64,000 nt of DNA from a virus, in IMG/VR virus record IMGVR_UViG_3300046744_000223, positions 64,001 to 128,000 of that record, one strand, 5' to 3'. Below are positions 16,969 to 27,080 of the stretch, piece after piece. A model generated the notes under the pieces. That model did no database searches. It was not told the origin of the DNA and worked only from the letters and a program-made list of their open reading frames with translations. How positions within the stretch are numbered: position 1 is the first letter of the stretch; each line of letters starts with the position of its first letter. Position numbers and translations under genes: made by a program.

Positions 16969-16990
16969 AAAAAAACCCCTATAAAGGGGT
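16969..16990 (-). terminator. intrinsic terminator
   Basis: ACCCCT-TTAT-AGGGGT hairpin followed by a U-tract on the minus strand, downstream of the Smr gene. Confidence 0.8.
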
Positions 16991-17071
16991 CTCTGAATAT
17001 TTGGTGGAAATTACACTAGCACTCTCCAGCTCTGATGTCCTCTGATAAGGTACGATAACCCTACGATGACC

Positions 17072-17293
17072 TTAGTGAGCTAATATAATTCTACCATAGT
17101 TATCAGAGGTTCGATAGAACTTAAATAGGTTTAACCTTAGAAACTCCTCTACTATATCTATCATATAGGTTGAATTGCCTGTTATTATCTCCCAGCCTTC
17201 CGTATCGTGATACCCTAATAGAGACCTTTCTAAGACTTCTTCTACGTCTCCATGCCTTACTCCATGTAAGTCTATTATGTTCTTCTTATTCAT
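17072..17293 (-). CDS. stand-alone Smr-domain protein
   Basis: IDLHG...IITGNS...N.G motifs. Confidence 0.85.
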   Translation of the reverse strand: MNKKNIIDLHGVRHGDVEEVLERSLLGYHDTEGWEIITGNSTYMIDIVEEFLRLNLFKFYRTSDNYGRIILAH

Positions 17294-17499
17294 TATGTGG
17301 AGAGAATCTTTTAACCTTATCCTTATAGTTGGTTATAGAGTTCCCTATACTTAAAAGGTTATCTACTATAACTTCATAATGGGGATGTTCTTTGTCTATA
17401 CTATATACATGGTTATCTTTAATAACTCTGATTCTATTATTACGTTCGTCTATTTGTATATCCATAAGATTTAGCTGATTTAGTTTTATATCACTTTTT

Positions 17500-17784
17500 T
17501 TAATACTCGAAGTCATCATCATGATACTCTTCCGTTGGACTTGGTGGTAAGTCATCAAAACTTTGAGATGGGGGAATCTTGTCAAGAAGGTCATACTTTG
17601 AATTTAAGTATCTATATCCACTCAAATCTTGCAATTCCTTATATACGCTAAAATACTCCAATGACATAAACGAACCATCTCCACGTAGAGGACTATTATT
17701 CAAAAAGAATTGGATTGTCTTATTCGTGTGTATGACGTTTACCCATACCTTTGTTCTTTCTCTTGGCATTTCTTTACTCATCAT
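17500..17784 (-). CDS. hypothetical protein
   Basis: ORF track. Confidence 0.55.
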   Translation of the reverse strand: MMSKEMPRERTKVWVNVIHTNKTIQFFLNNSPLRGDGSFMSLEYFSVYKELQDLSGYRYLNSKYDLLDKIPPSQSFDDLPPSPTEEYHDDDFEY

Positions 17785-18021
17785 GTGTTATTTTATATGT
17801 GTATATTATCAATAAACCTAATACTATTAGTGCAAACATAATTAACCTTTATAACCTGTTATCCGGATACCATTCATCTAAGTCATCTAACCCGTGTCCA
17901 AGGGTTGTGTTGAAGTCCTGTAATTCATTTAATATAGAGGGATTTGGAAGTTTATCTTCCAAATTTTTCTTAGTCACACGAAATCGTTCGTGTCCATCTC
18001 GATGTGGGTCGGTCTGGCTTT

Positions 18022-18225
18022 TCATTGGTTACTTTGGATGTCGTTATATATATCTTCTTGTGTAATATCGAATGATATATGTGGCTTCTCCGAATACTCT
18101 AATTGACGTGACCAAACCGTTGGTATATCTTCTTGGAATTCTGCGATGTGATTGATTGGGGTGTTGTTCTTGTTACCGAATGTCTTCTTTGTGAACTGAG
18201 AGATAAGTTCGTAGATGGGTTTCAT
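18022..18225 (-). CDS. hypothetical protein
   Basis: ORF track. Confidence 0.55.
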   Translation of the reverse strand: MKPIYELISQFTKKTFGNKNNTPINHIAEFQEDIPTVWSRQLEYSEKPHISFDITQEDIYNDIQSNQ

Positions 18226-18232
18226 AATGGTG

Positions 18233-18634
18233 TTACTCCTGTGGTTTTAAAAATATGTTGTATGACCTCTTTATTATATGTAGTATTTCTTTACTTATTG
18301 GAGTCAATTTATAGTGTTTTATTTCTTTAAATTTCACGAATTTTACTGATTTGTGTTCATTTAGTGTTGGCTTCCCACTTTCATACTTCAACATATAAGG
18401 AATAACCTCTATATCATTGATAATTCTTGTAGGTAACTCATGCCATATAAAGACCTCTATATCTAATTCTTCTCTCCACTCTCGTTTGATTGACTCGTCC
18501 GTATTTAAATCAGAATCATCAACCTTCCCACCTGGCAATTCCCAATAGTCTGGATATGAGTTGTTATCTGACTTACGTTGTCCTATAAGGAATGTATCAT
18601 AATCAAATAAAAATCCAGCTACTACTTTTAACAT
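18233..18634 (-). CDS. Nudix hydrolase, MutT-like
   Basis: WELPGGKV...REWREEL Nudix box. Confidence 0.9.
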   Translation of the reverse strand: MLKVVAGFLFDYDTFLIGQRKSDNNSYPDYWELPGGKVDDSDLNTDESIKREWREELDIEVFIWHELPTRIINDIEVIPYMLKYESGKPTLNEHKSVKFVKFKEIKHYKLTPISKEILHIIKRSYNIFLKPQE

Positions 18635-18793
18635 CTCTCTATCCCCAATGCATTATAGTCAATTGGTAATCCATATTCGGTATATGTACTACCCATTACT
18701 TTTAATATAGACATCATTTTCTCTGGCTCGGTATTCCATAATAGAGATGCCATAAAATGCTTTCCCATCATAGAACGGGTATTTGTTTGTTCA

Positions 18794-19711
18794 CTATCGA
18801 AGTAATACATTTATCTTCTCCATTTTACCATTACTATATCTAACTACGTATAATCCACCATTATTTAGTGTTTTTATATCACTTCCCATATAGCGACCAC
18901 TCCAATCATACACTTTATATCGTGTATCTCGATATCCGATATTTTCTTCAATATCAAGTGTGGTTTGTGTCACTACAAATGTCCATTGAATCCGTTGGCT
19001 GGTGAGTAGGTATCCACTACGATATTTATCAATCTGAAATCCATAACCCACTCTTCCTAAAGTTGTACCTACAAATGTAATTGAATCATTATTAGCTGAT
19101 ATATTAGTTGATGTCTGTGTTTGAGGTACGAATACTCCATTTGAATAGGATGAATAGAGTTCGGTCATATATAAGTTGACTGAATCATTGTCATCATGTC
19201 CAAAATAACAATTAAAGATTCCCCACACCGGCTTCATAACATTCACACTATTACTCTGAACATTAATCCACATTGGGTTTTCCATATATGGTGTTGTGTT
19301 GTTTGGAACGTGCCAATAGTCCGTTGATATGACAAACTCTGAATTAGTAGAGTTAGTTGAGTTATTTAAGATTGACCAACAGCAATTGGTATATATAAAT
19401 CTATATTTGTTCGAATCTAAATTAATATAATCACTTCCGTAGTTTGCGGTGTTAAATCCTTGATGTGTGCCATTGTTGAATTTAGTAAGTGTAATATACC
19501 CATCCAAGTCATACGACCCTTGGGAATCCATCTCCCATATTTCTAAAGTTACATATTGTGGAAGTGTTGGGAATTGGTCACCTACAATATACATCCCAAT
19601 GGAAACGGAGTCTTGACTCTTTTGAGCAACTTGGATGATACCCCCCATAAAGTGAGATGCGTTAGCAGTTATACTTACTACTAATGTAATTAAAACTATT
19701 ATGTTTTTCAT
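18794..19711 (-). CDS. secreted Bacteroidota-type protein with degenerate T9SS-like tail
   Basis: signal peptide then ASHFMGG, NCCW, C-terminal YDWSGR...GLYVVRYSNGK..K. Confidence 0.7.
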   Translation of the reverse strand: MKNIIVLITLVVSITANASHFMGGIIQVAQKSQDSVSIGMYIVGDQFPTLPQYVTLEIWEMDSQGSYDLDGYITLTKFNNGTHQGFNTANYGSDYINLDSNKYRFIYTNCCWSILNNSTNSTNSEFVISTDYWHVPNNTTPYMENPMWINVQSNSVNVMKPVWGIFNCYFGHDDNDSVNLYMTELYSSYSNGVFVPQTQTSTNISANNDSITFVGTTLGRVGYGFQIDKYRSGYLLTSQRIQWTFVVTQTTLDIEENIGYRDTRYKVYDWSGRYMGSDIKTLNNGGLYVVRYSNGKMEKINVLLR

Positions 19712-19941
19712 AACTTTTGGTTACTGCTTTTAAATCTAATTGATGTTGTGGTCTTCTCGTGTTTGGTTTTACGACCTTTGACCCTCTTTCTCCACATCTT
19801 AAATGATGACTCTTTCATATGAGTTCTCATTATCTTACGAACCTCATTCTCTTTGATACCAAACTGAAATTCTATGGCTTCAAAGGGAGTTCTATCTTCC
19901 CATGCCATTTCAATGATTCTATCTATGTCGTCTGATTCCAA
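19708..19941 (-). CDS. DUF2805/TIGR03643 family protein
   Basis: RIIEMAWEDRTPFEAI...WRKRV.GRKTKH. Confidence 0.88.
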   Translation of the reverse strand: MESDDIDRIIEMAWEDRTPFEAIEFQFGIKENEVRKIMRTHMKESSFKMWRKRVKGRKTKHEKTTTSIRFKSSNQKL

Positions 19942-20514
19942 TTATTTTAAATCCTTCCGAATATCTTTAATAACACGTTGTAAGTAGGACTTACGTTTTT
20001 TATCTGAAACGAATGGTACTGACCAAAATTGTTTTGTTTTTAACCACCTTGATGGTGACCATCCAAATACAAATGTGTATACACCCATAACTAACCGAAG
20101 TTTAACTGAGTTCAAGTAAAGTGTAAGTACTGGAAGTGCTGGTGCTCCGTGGGTGATGTAAGTTCTAACTATCTTATCTTTTAAGAATGGTTTAGGGTAT
20201 GCGTACTTACCAATGATAGGTACAAACTTGTATGCGAATCCTGGAGAAAATACTTCATCAAAGAATACTTCCAACCTCGGAGTCAATCTAAACCACCATA
20301 CTGGCGATACAAAATAGATTCTATCAGACCACGTAACATCTTCTTTATAACGATTAATTATATCAGTTCGTGGTCTCTCGAAGTTATCAGCGTATAAATC
20401 TGCTACTCTAATTTCTTCACTTTCTACATTCAATGTCTGTAAAATAGTTTTGTAGATACCATTATAACAAAATGAATTCTTATCAGGATGTGCTATTACT
20501 ATTAAGTTTTTCAT
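19942..20514 (-). CDS. NAD(P)H:quinone oxidoreductase (flavodoxin-2 family)
   Basis: AHP...SF, DLY, PVWW, FFDEVF.PGFAY. Confidence 0.88.
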   Translation of the reverse strand: MKNLIVIAHPDKNSFCYNGIYKTILQTLNVESEEIRVADLYADNFERPRTDIINRYKEDVTWSDRIYFVSPVWWFRLTPRLEVFFDEVFSPGFAYKFVPIIGKYAYPKPFLKDKIVRTYITHGAPALPVLTLYLNSVKLRLVMGVYTFVFGWSPSRWLKTKQFWSVPFVSDKKRKSYLQRVIKDIRKDLK

Positions 20515-20517
20515 GTT

Positions 20518-20754
20518 TTAACTACACTTACCCTTAATTTCATTATATAGCTCGTCTGCATACCCCACGGGATCTTCGATGTGCTGAGCAGTAGATTCCA
20601 TTTTATGAATCAAGCAATTTTTAAAATGTTTACCACTTTTACCTTTTAGTAAAGTTTCTATTGCACATGCTTTCATCCATCCTCTTGGGTCGTTCCCTTG
20701 AACAGATGTTCTTACGTTATTAATTGCTTCAATACAAACTATTGGATTTGCCAT
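20518..20754 (-). CDS. hypothetical Cys-containing protein
   Basis: ORF track. Confidence 0.6.
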   Translation of the reverse strand: MANPIVCIEAINNVRTSVQGNDPRGWMKACAIETLLKGKSGKHFKNCLIHKMESTAQHIEDPVGYADELYNEIKGKCS

Positions 20755-20757
20755 AAT

Positions 20758-20955
20758 TTATTTGTTTTTGTTTTTCATTCCAAAGTAAGTTCCTAATATT
20801 CCTATTATACCTGTGATTGATATTTGTATCAAATGTATAATTGATTCATCTACTGACCTGTTTTCTTTTAGAGAGATAATAAAATCCCCTATTATTAACA
20901 TTCCAAGTAAAAGGATTATACCTACTGATAAAAGAAATACTATCTTATCTTTCAT
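20758..20955 (-). CDS. two-TM small membrane protein
   Basis: two hydrophobic helices, basic tail. Confidence 0.65.
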   Translation of the reverse strand: MKDKIVFLLSVGIILLLGMLIIGDFIISLKENRSVDESIIHLIQISITGIIGILGTYFGMKNKNK

Positions 20956-21239
20956 ATTATGTTCTCGTTATTCAAAACATAATTAATTACTGAGGTCGAT
21001 GCGCCTGATTTTATAAAAGGGTCTAATCTACTCATTGCATCAGTAATATCCTTAGCAATAATCTGAGTAGTCTTTAATTTACTATTATGTAAGTAAATAC
21101 ATTCGTAGATTAAATGTTCTTTGATTTTAGATGTCGTAAGAACATTTATCTCCAATACAGCAGTAGTTCGCCCATTGTCTAATAACGTTTCTATTAGCTC
21201 CGACTTATCTCGTTTGTATTTTGATTTTAAACTACCCAT
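20952..21239 (-). CDS. hypothetical protein
   Basis: ORF track. Confidence 0.6.
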   Translation of the reverse strand: MGSLKSKYKRDKSELIETLLDNGRTTAVLEINVLTTSKIKEHLIYECIYLHNSKLKTTQIIAKDITDAMSRLDPFIKSGASTSVINYVLNNENII

Positions 21240-21241
21240 CT

Positions 21242-21976
21242 CTATAATTTATATCCCAATGTTATTGCCCAAGTTGGGAGTGTTATATAAGTACCATCTG
21301 CGCCTTGATATCCAAGTCCTACTTCACCTGATAATGTAATACCATCCCAATTGGCTTTGTAACCACCCATTAATGATAGATTACCACCATAATAGTTTCC
21401 ATTATCATAACTTCTTGCTCTAGCTCTTACACTTGCGTATCTACCAACCATACCTGTTTTAGAGTAAAACCTAAAACCAACCATACCTGATGTTGCTTGT
21501 AAATCAAATAAAGTACTTCTACCTGATGAGAAGTCAAATAAGAACGATGATTTACATGATGTACTTAATTCAAGTCCAGCGCCGTAGTAACCATTGAGTA
21601 ATGTAAATGGTCTTATGTTTAACTCAAACTCAGTAAAACATTGCTGACCCTTTCTATATCTCATTTCGTTTCTTGTAGGTGGAGTGTAATAACGACCTTC
21701 ATAAACGTTATCTACATTATTACCCCTATCGTAACGATAATAGTCTCTATTGTAATCATTCTCACGTTGTTCATCACGATAGTTTATATCCTCGACTTGA
21801 GTGTTGTTTTGAACTGGATTGCTTGGTGTAACAATCGGTGTACTATTTTGAGAATTTACAGGAGTTATTTCATTGCCTGTTGATTCAATCTTAGTATTTG
21901 GACTACTATTAGGTTTGTTCTGACCCACTACACTTAAACCCAGTCCAAGTGTTAGTAATAGTATTAAATTTCTCAT
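21242..21976 (-). CDS. outer-membrane beta-barrel protein (DUF3575-like)
   Basis: signal peptide, low-complexity linker, amphipathic strands ending LGYKL. Confidence 0.65.
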   Translation of the reverse strand: MRNLILLLTLGLGLSVVGQNKPNSSPNTKIESTGNEITPVNSQNSTPIVTPSNPVQNNTQVEDINYRDEQRENDYNRDYYRYDRGNNVDNVYEGRYYTPPTRNEMRYRKGQQCFTEFELNIRPFTLLNGYYGAGLELSTSCKSSFLFDFSSGRSTLFDLQATSGMVGFRFYSKTGMVGRYASVRARARSYDNGNYYGGNLSLMGGYKANWDGITLSGEVGLGYQGADGTYITLPTWAITLGYKL

Positions 21977-22566
21977 TGTGCTATAATAAAGTTAAACCAA
22001 TCCTGCCCTGCTACATCCGTATTAGGAAAGTAAAATTGATATATTTTGTTATCAAATGATATGGTTTTTGTAAACCCAATAGGTATAGCAGCGCCAGCTG
22101 GTACTCTATATGGAGTCTCTCCAAAATCCACCTCAACACTAACCATTACTTCAAAGAATTTAGCAAGGTTACGTTCGAAACGTTCCAACTCTTTCCATGG
22201 ACCACGATTGAGTCCTTCATGTTGTAATGCACAATTTAGATATGAGAATGTTTTCTTTAATGTTTCTCTATCACAATTGAATGCGGCCGCGGGTGCTAAA
22301 TGACCCCTATCCCATTCATTATTTTTGTAGTCATTATTATCTGATGTATTTACTGAATCATTAGTATAGAAGTCTAACCCACCTCTACTAACACCACCTG
22401 ATGGGCATTGTACTATATACGTCAATTTAAGTGGTTGTTGATAATCTTCAGAATATACTACTGTATATATGTCACTTTTTATTGTTTTTCCAGTCTGCCC
22501 ATGTGAGGTAACCGAACCAAGCAATAGTAATAATAGTAACGATAATCGTGTCAATGATGTTTTCAT
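21973..22566 (-). CDS. exported DNA/RNA non-specific endonuclease (NucA/EndoG family)
   Basis: WDRGHLAPA, N...Q...LNRG.W..LE; signal peptide. Confidence 0.92.
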   Translation of the reverse strand: MKTSLTRLSLLLLLLLGSVTSHGQTGKTIKSDIYTVVYSEDYQQPLKLTYIVQCPSGGVSRGGLDFYTNDSVNTSDNNDYKNNEWDRGHLAPAAAFNCDRETLKKTFSYLNCALQHEGLNRGPWKELERFERNLAKFFEVMVSVEVDFGETPYRVPAGAAIPIGFTKTISFDNKIYQFYFPNTDVAGQDWFNFIIAQ

Positions 22567-22579
22567 AGGATTCCATTTT

Positions 22580-23143
22580 CTATTCATCTTCGTTTTCTTC
22601 AGTATATATGTAAGTTGCATCTTCAAGTGCTTCGTCACGACATGATATCATTGCATCCGATACTTGGTCGTAAAAAATGTCAAGTTCATCATCATCATCG
22701 GTTTCGGGATATTCAAGTGTAGTGTCTTGATAGTCGTATAGACCTTCTAATTTAGATATTGCTGCACCACCAACAAAGTTATATCCCTCGTCTTCATAGG
22801 TCGCAGTCAATACAACGTCTTCATCAATTTCTTTAAGAATGTCATATAAACGTTCAAATGCTCCTGATGACCAATTCCAAGCTGAAGTTGTAGACATCTC
22901 AAATTCGTCATCTTCTAAACAACTAACATCTTCAATGTAACACCATTTAGCACCCATTCTTTCGGTGAATATACCCCTATCGTAATCTTCATCCTCATGA
23001 CCAGGCCATAGTAAGTCGTGAAAGTTTATCTCTTCACTATAATTCCACTTACCTTCTGGTAGAGTGAACATTTCTTTGAGTTTTTTAAATACTTGGTCAT
23101 TTCCTTTATGAACTTGAATCCAAGTTTGAACGTGATTTGCCAT
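22580..23143 (-). CDS. YubB/DUF1281-like ferredoxin-fold protein
   Basis: MANHV, GAKW, TSAW, YEDEG.NF.G. Confidence 0.65.
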   Translation of the reverse strand: MANHVQTWIQVHKGNDQVFKKLKEMFTLPEGKWNYSEEINFHDLLWPGHEDEDYDRGIFTERMGAKWCYIEDVSCLEDDEFEMSTTSAWNWSSGAFERLYDILKEIDEDVVLTATYEDEGYNFVGGAAISKLEGLYDYQDTTLEYPETDDDDELDIFYDQVSDAMISCRDEALEDATYIYTEENEDE

Positions 23144-23144
23144 A

Positions 23145-23342
23145 TTAGTCTTCTATTAGTTCTGGCCATTCTGAATCTTCCAAGGCCTTGTCATTTACTA
23201 ACTCAAACTCTACCTCTTCAAGAACTTCATCTTGTAGGTCTTCATCATCTGACTTCCATTTTTCTACTTGTTCGGGAGTTAATTCCTCAGTCTCTTCCCA
23301 TCTGTAATCAGTATAGGTAACCAATTTTCTTAATCTTGCCAT
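23145..23342 (-). CDS. acidic hypothetical protein
   Basis: ORF track. Confidence 0.65.
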   Translation of the reverse strand: MARLRKLVTYTDYRWEETEELTPEQVEKWKSDDEDLQDEVLEEVEFELVNDKALEDSEWPELIED

Positions 23343-23426
23343 TTATTCTTCGTTTTTAGTTGAACTTGTTTGCTCCGTTGTGATGTCTTCATCCCAATAG
23401 AGGAATATTTGATTGGTATTCATAGT

Positions 23427-23458
23427 CTAATATACAACATTATTTTTTATTATCCAAA
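23427..23458 (-). promoter_or_regulatory. early promoter (TTTG-N20-TATATTAG)
   Basis: motif geometry. Confidence 0.7.
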
Positions 23459-24156
23459 CTTTTCTTATCTTCTAATAAGATTTGTTCATCTTTTTTTGGT
23501 TTAAGGTCTGGTGGTAAATCCGATTCTTCAACATCCCAACCAGTTTGCTTTTTTATGGTACGTAATACGTCCAACCTATCATCACGTGTGCCCGTACCCC
23601 AATACCATGCTAATGTTGATTTTTTATGTGATATACTTTCTTCTAGCTTTTTTAGATTCTTCAAAAGAATATCTTCGTCATCATCATCAAAATCATATTC
23701 TACATCATATTTACCAGCAAAATTAAGTAAAGTAGCTAAATCTAACTCATTAAATGCGTTGGACACTCTTTGAAACTCGGATTCAGTACCACCCTTATCA
23801 GGATGTGTGGCTATTGCTACTTTTTTATATAACTTCTTAATCCTATCAGGTCTATTTTTAATCTCAACGAGTCGTTTCTTCTTTTTTTCAGATTTCTCTC
23901 GTTCTACTCGTTTATTATCCTCTGCCATATCTTCGAACGACATACTTGGGGCTTCGTGTCGAACCTCTCCAGTTTCTTCATTTACCCAAATATGTCGTTC
24001 TTTAGCAGTAGGTGTACCTTTTTTAGGTTTTTTGTAGTATTTTTCGAAATAAAATTCAAAATCTGATACATACTCATCGAAAGACTCAATGGTATCCTCT
24101 TCTTCAAGTTTTAAATACTCATACTTTAAGTTATATTTTTTAAGCTTCCGATTCAC
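23440..24156 (-). CDS. J-domain co-chaperone
   Basis: IKKLYKKVAIATHPDKGG...FQRV..AF. Confidence 0.88.
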   Translation of the reverse strand: MNRKLKKYNLKYEYLKLEEEDTIESFDEYVSDFEFYFEKYYKKPKKGTPTAKERHIWVNEETGEVRHEAPSMSFEDMAEDNKRVEREKSEKKKKRLVEIKNRPDRIKKLYKKVAIATHPDKGGTESEFQRVSNAFNELDLATLLNFAGKYDVEYDFDDDDEDILLKNLKKLEESISHKKSTLAWYWGTGTRDDRLDVLRTIKKQTGWDVEESDLPPDLKPKKDEQILLEDKKSLDNKK

Positions 24157-25723
24157 TATCCTCTACCTCATTGACAATCATACATTCCGTGGTTAGTAAT
24201 GTAGATGCTACTGAGACAGCTTTTTCAAGTGCGGTTCGTGTTACTTTGGTTGGGTCAATTACACCCACTTCTAACATATCACACCATTGTTCAGTCACTA
24301 CATTATAACCATAAGTAGTTTGAGTTTCACCTTCTGGTGTATAAGTTAAACCTGCATTTTCTAAAATAGAATTAAAAGGTGAGTAACAGGCAGAACATAC
24401 AATATTGAATCCAGTTTCTTGGTCGGCTGATAATCTATCAACACCCATATGTATTCTATCACTTGCATGGATTAGAGCCGAACCCCCACCTGGCACAATA
24501 CCTTCTTCAACTGCAGCTTTTGTAGCAAGTAGAGCATCATCAATTCTATCTTTCTTTTCCTTCATCTCGATTTCAGATTCAGCACCTACTCTGAGAACTG
24601 CAACACCACCACTTAATTTAGATAATCGTTTGTGTAGTTTTTCTTTCTCATAGTCTGAACTTGATTCTTCGATTTCATTCTTGATTTGGTCAATACGGAG
24701 TTTGATATCATCCGATTCACCAGCACCACCAATGATTACTGATTTAGATTTACTAACCACTACTTTGTCAGCTGACCCTAAGTCATCCATTGTGATATCT
24801 TCCAACTCTTTACCAACACCACCAAACAAAGTAGCGCCGGTTAGAGCAGACATATCTCTCAACATCTCACTACGTTCGTTACCGAAGCCAGGTGCTTTGA
24901 TAGCAACACATTTTAAGGTTTGACGTGCTGAATTAACTACCATTGTAGCTAGCGCTTGCCCATCGACTTCTTGAGCAATTACTACAATTGCCTGATTCTT
25001 ACTTGATACACCCTCAAGGATACCAACGATGTCATCCATTTCTGAAATACGACCATCGTACATAAGAATCATAGGGTCTTCTAATTCAGAAGTCAATTTG
25101 GTTTGATTGTTAATGAAATAATGTGATAGGTATCCTTGTTCAAATTCCAATCCCTCTACAATAGTCAGTTCGTCATCACTTGAATTGCCCTCTTCAACAG
25201 TAATTACCCCATCACGACCAACTTGGTCCATTGCATCGGCAATCATAGAACCAATCACCGAATCACCATTTGCTGAGATTGTTGCTACCTGTTTGATTTG
25301 GTCGTTAGTTTCTACTTTAGTTGAAATGGTTTCAACAAGATTATTAACAATACCTTTTACTGCAGTATCCATCCCACGTTTCAATTCAATTGGGTTAGCT
25401 CCCTTTTCAATTGCATCCATACCTTTTTTAAAGATATCACGTGCAAGTACAGTTGAGGTAGTTGTCCCATCACCTGCGTTGTCAGCAGTTTGTTGAGATG
25501 CTTCTTTGATTACCTTAGCACCCAAGTTTTTGGTTGGGTCTGTAAATTCAATAGACTTAGCTACTGTAACCCCATCCTTTGTAATATGTGGTGTTGTATC
25601 AGTTTCAATAATCACGTTACGACCACGTGGTCCTAATGTAACTACAACTGCATCTGCTAATGCATCTACACCTTCTAAGAGTTTCTCTCTCGATGTCTTT
25701 CCGTAAAATACTTCTTTACCCAT
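24140..25723 (-). CDS. groEL: chaperonin GroEL
   Basis: TLGPRGRNV, TKDGVTVA, GDGTTT, EEGIVPGGG, IDPTKV. Confidence 0.98.
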   Translation of the reverse strand: MGKEVFYGKTSREKLLEGVDALADAVVVTLGPRGRNVIIETDTTPHITKDGVTVAKSIEFTDPTKNLGAKVIKEASQQTADNAGDGTTTSTVLARDIFKKGMDAIEKGANPIELKRGMDTAVKGIVNNLVETISTKVETNDQIKQVATISANGDSVIGSMIADAMDQVGRDGVITVEEGNSSDDELTIVEGLEFEQGYLSHYFINNQTKLTSELEDPMILMYDGRISEMDDIVGILEGVSSKNQAIVVIAQEVDGQALATMVVNSARQTLKCVAIKAPGFGNERSEMLRDMSALTGATLFGGVGKELEDITMDDLGSADKVVVSKSKSVIIGGAGESDDIKLRIDQIKNEIEESSSDYEKEKLHKRLSKLSGGVAVLRVGAESEIEMKEKKDRIDDALLATKAAVEEGIVPGGGSALIHASDRIHMGVDRLSADQETGFNIVCSACYSPFNSILENAGLTYTPEGETQTTYGYNVVTEQWCDMLEVGVIDPTKVTRTALEKAVSVASTLLTTECMIVNEVEDSESEA

Positions 25724-25726
25724 AAC

Positions 25727-26335
25727 TTATTTGTCCTTCTTTTTTTGTTTTTTTCTTGCTTTTCTAATTTGTTCAGCTCTCCACTCAGGCTGTCTGCCTC
25801 TGATATTACCTCGGAGGTTGTGATAACAATTGTAACATAAAAATCTTATATTTTCAAGTTTATGATTTGTCCAATCATCATCCATGTGGTCTAATACTAA
25901 TGGAACGTTTCCATCCGTAATTCTACTTTCACTATACCCACAATTATGACATTCATGTGGGAACTCTGGCATATTATCTGCGTTATTGATTAATCTCTTC
26001 TTTAAGAAATGTACACCATAATCAGGATATTTACCATCCAAAATGTCTTGAAGCGCATATCTACCTTTTGAAACATTATATGGCTTCTTTACACCTTCAC
26101 CTTTTTGGTTCTTATGTAGTTCATACAAAGTTTTACCAGTATCATCGTCTTTGTATAATTTGGAATATTTCTGATAAGTAGTAAATGATACATTAAGGAA
26201 TCTTGCAGCAGATGAGTTAGATTTGGAGTTCTTCATCGCATAACGGATTTGAGCTTCAGTAAGGTTAAGTGGAGTTCTTCCTTTACCTAAAACATAACCA
26301 TTTGGAAGTTTTGTTCCTTTTTTGTAACTACTCAT
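25727..26335 (-). CDS. HTH + HNH endonuclease-like protein
   Basis: AARFLNVSFTTY HTH; CHNC...LDH...N...LCYNCY. Confidence 0.75.
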   Translation of the reverse strand: MSSYKKGTKLPNGYVLGKGRTPLNLTEAQIRYAMKNSKSNSSAARFLNVSFTTYQKYSKLYKDDDTGKTLYELHKNQKGEGVKKPYNVSKGRYALQDILDGKYPDYGVHFLKKRLINNADNMPEFPHECHNCGYSESRITDGNVPLVLDHMDDDWTNHKLENIRFLCYNCYHNLRGNIRGRQPEWRAEQIRKARKKQKKKDK

Positions 26336-26358
26336 TTGTTTCCATTTTTATATAAGTA

Positions 26359-26577
26359 TCATTGAGAATACTTATTAATCAACCTTTGTAAAAATTGAAG
26401 GTCTCTTCTTCTTAGTAATTGGCGATTTTGTTGAACTCTATCTGTAAGAGTTAGTAACTTACGTTTCTCGTTATAGGCAGTTATACCTTTTATATGAATT
26501 GGATTCGAGTATACGATTTCAGTAACTTCATTTAGAATCAACGTGTGTCTAACGAGTTCACTTTTTACTATTTCCAT
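26359..26577 (-). CDS. hypothetical protein
   Basis: ORF track. Confidence 0.55.
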   Translation of the reverse strand: MEIVKSELVRHTLILNEVTEIVYSNPIHIKGITAYNEKRKLLTLTDRVQQNRQLLRRRDLQFLQRLINKYSQ

Positions 26578-26912
26578 AAGATTTGTATTGATACTATTGT
26601 AATTGCCAGAATTAATGATATAAGTGTTTTTAGAGTAATACCCTCATTCATAAAATACCAAGTTAGAAATGTGAATCCAAATATACCACTACCAAAAGCA
26701 ATAAACCTACCAGGCCACAATGCACCATCATAATACTCAGCTATCATACGAGTAGCCATAATAAATATGTAACTTATACCCGTACCAGCCACGATGGACA
26801 CTATCAGTGGGTTTTTTTTAAACCATGGCCATACGAATTGTCCGTTGGTTTGAAACCATATTAACGATTGTCCTATTATAAATAGAAGTGTTCCTATTAA
26901 TAGATTTCTCAT
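26568..26912 (-). CDS. 4-TM SMR/DMT-like membrane protein
   Basis: four hydrophobic helices, E.IT.K motif. Confidence 0.65.
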   Translation of the reverse strand: MRNLLIGTLLFIIGQSLIWFQTNGQFVWPWFKKNPLIVSIVAGTGISYIFIMATRMIAEYYDGALWPGRFIAFGSGIFGFTFLTWYFMNEGITLKTLISLILAITIVSIQILWK

Positions 26913-27080
26913 CCCTCATCTAAACCTTCAGTATTATCGTATGCGTTTGGTGATGGCATTCCCGAGTAGTAACACCATTCCCCAAAACCCTCTTCTTGAT
27001 AATCATCATCAAATCCTTGATTGTCTGGATGTAATAGGTCAATACCCTTTGACATTTCGTCATCAATCCAACGTTTAATC

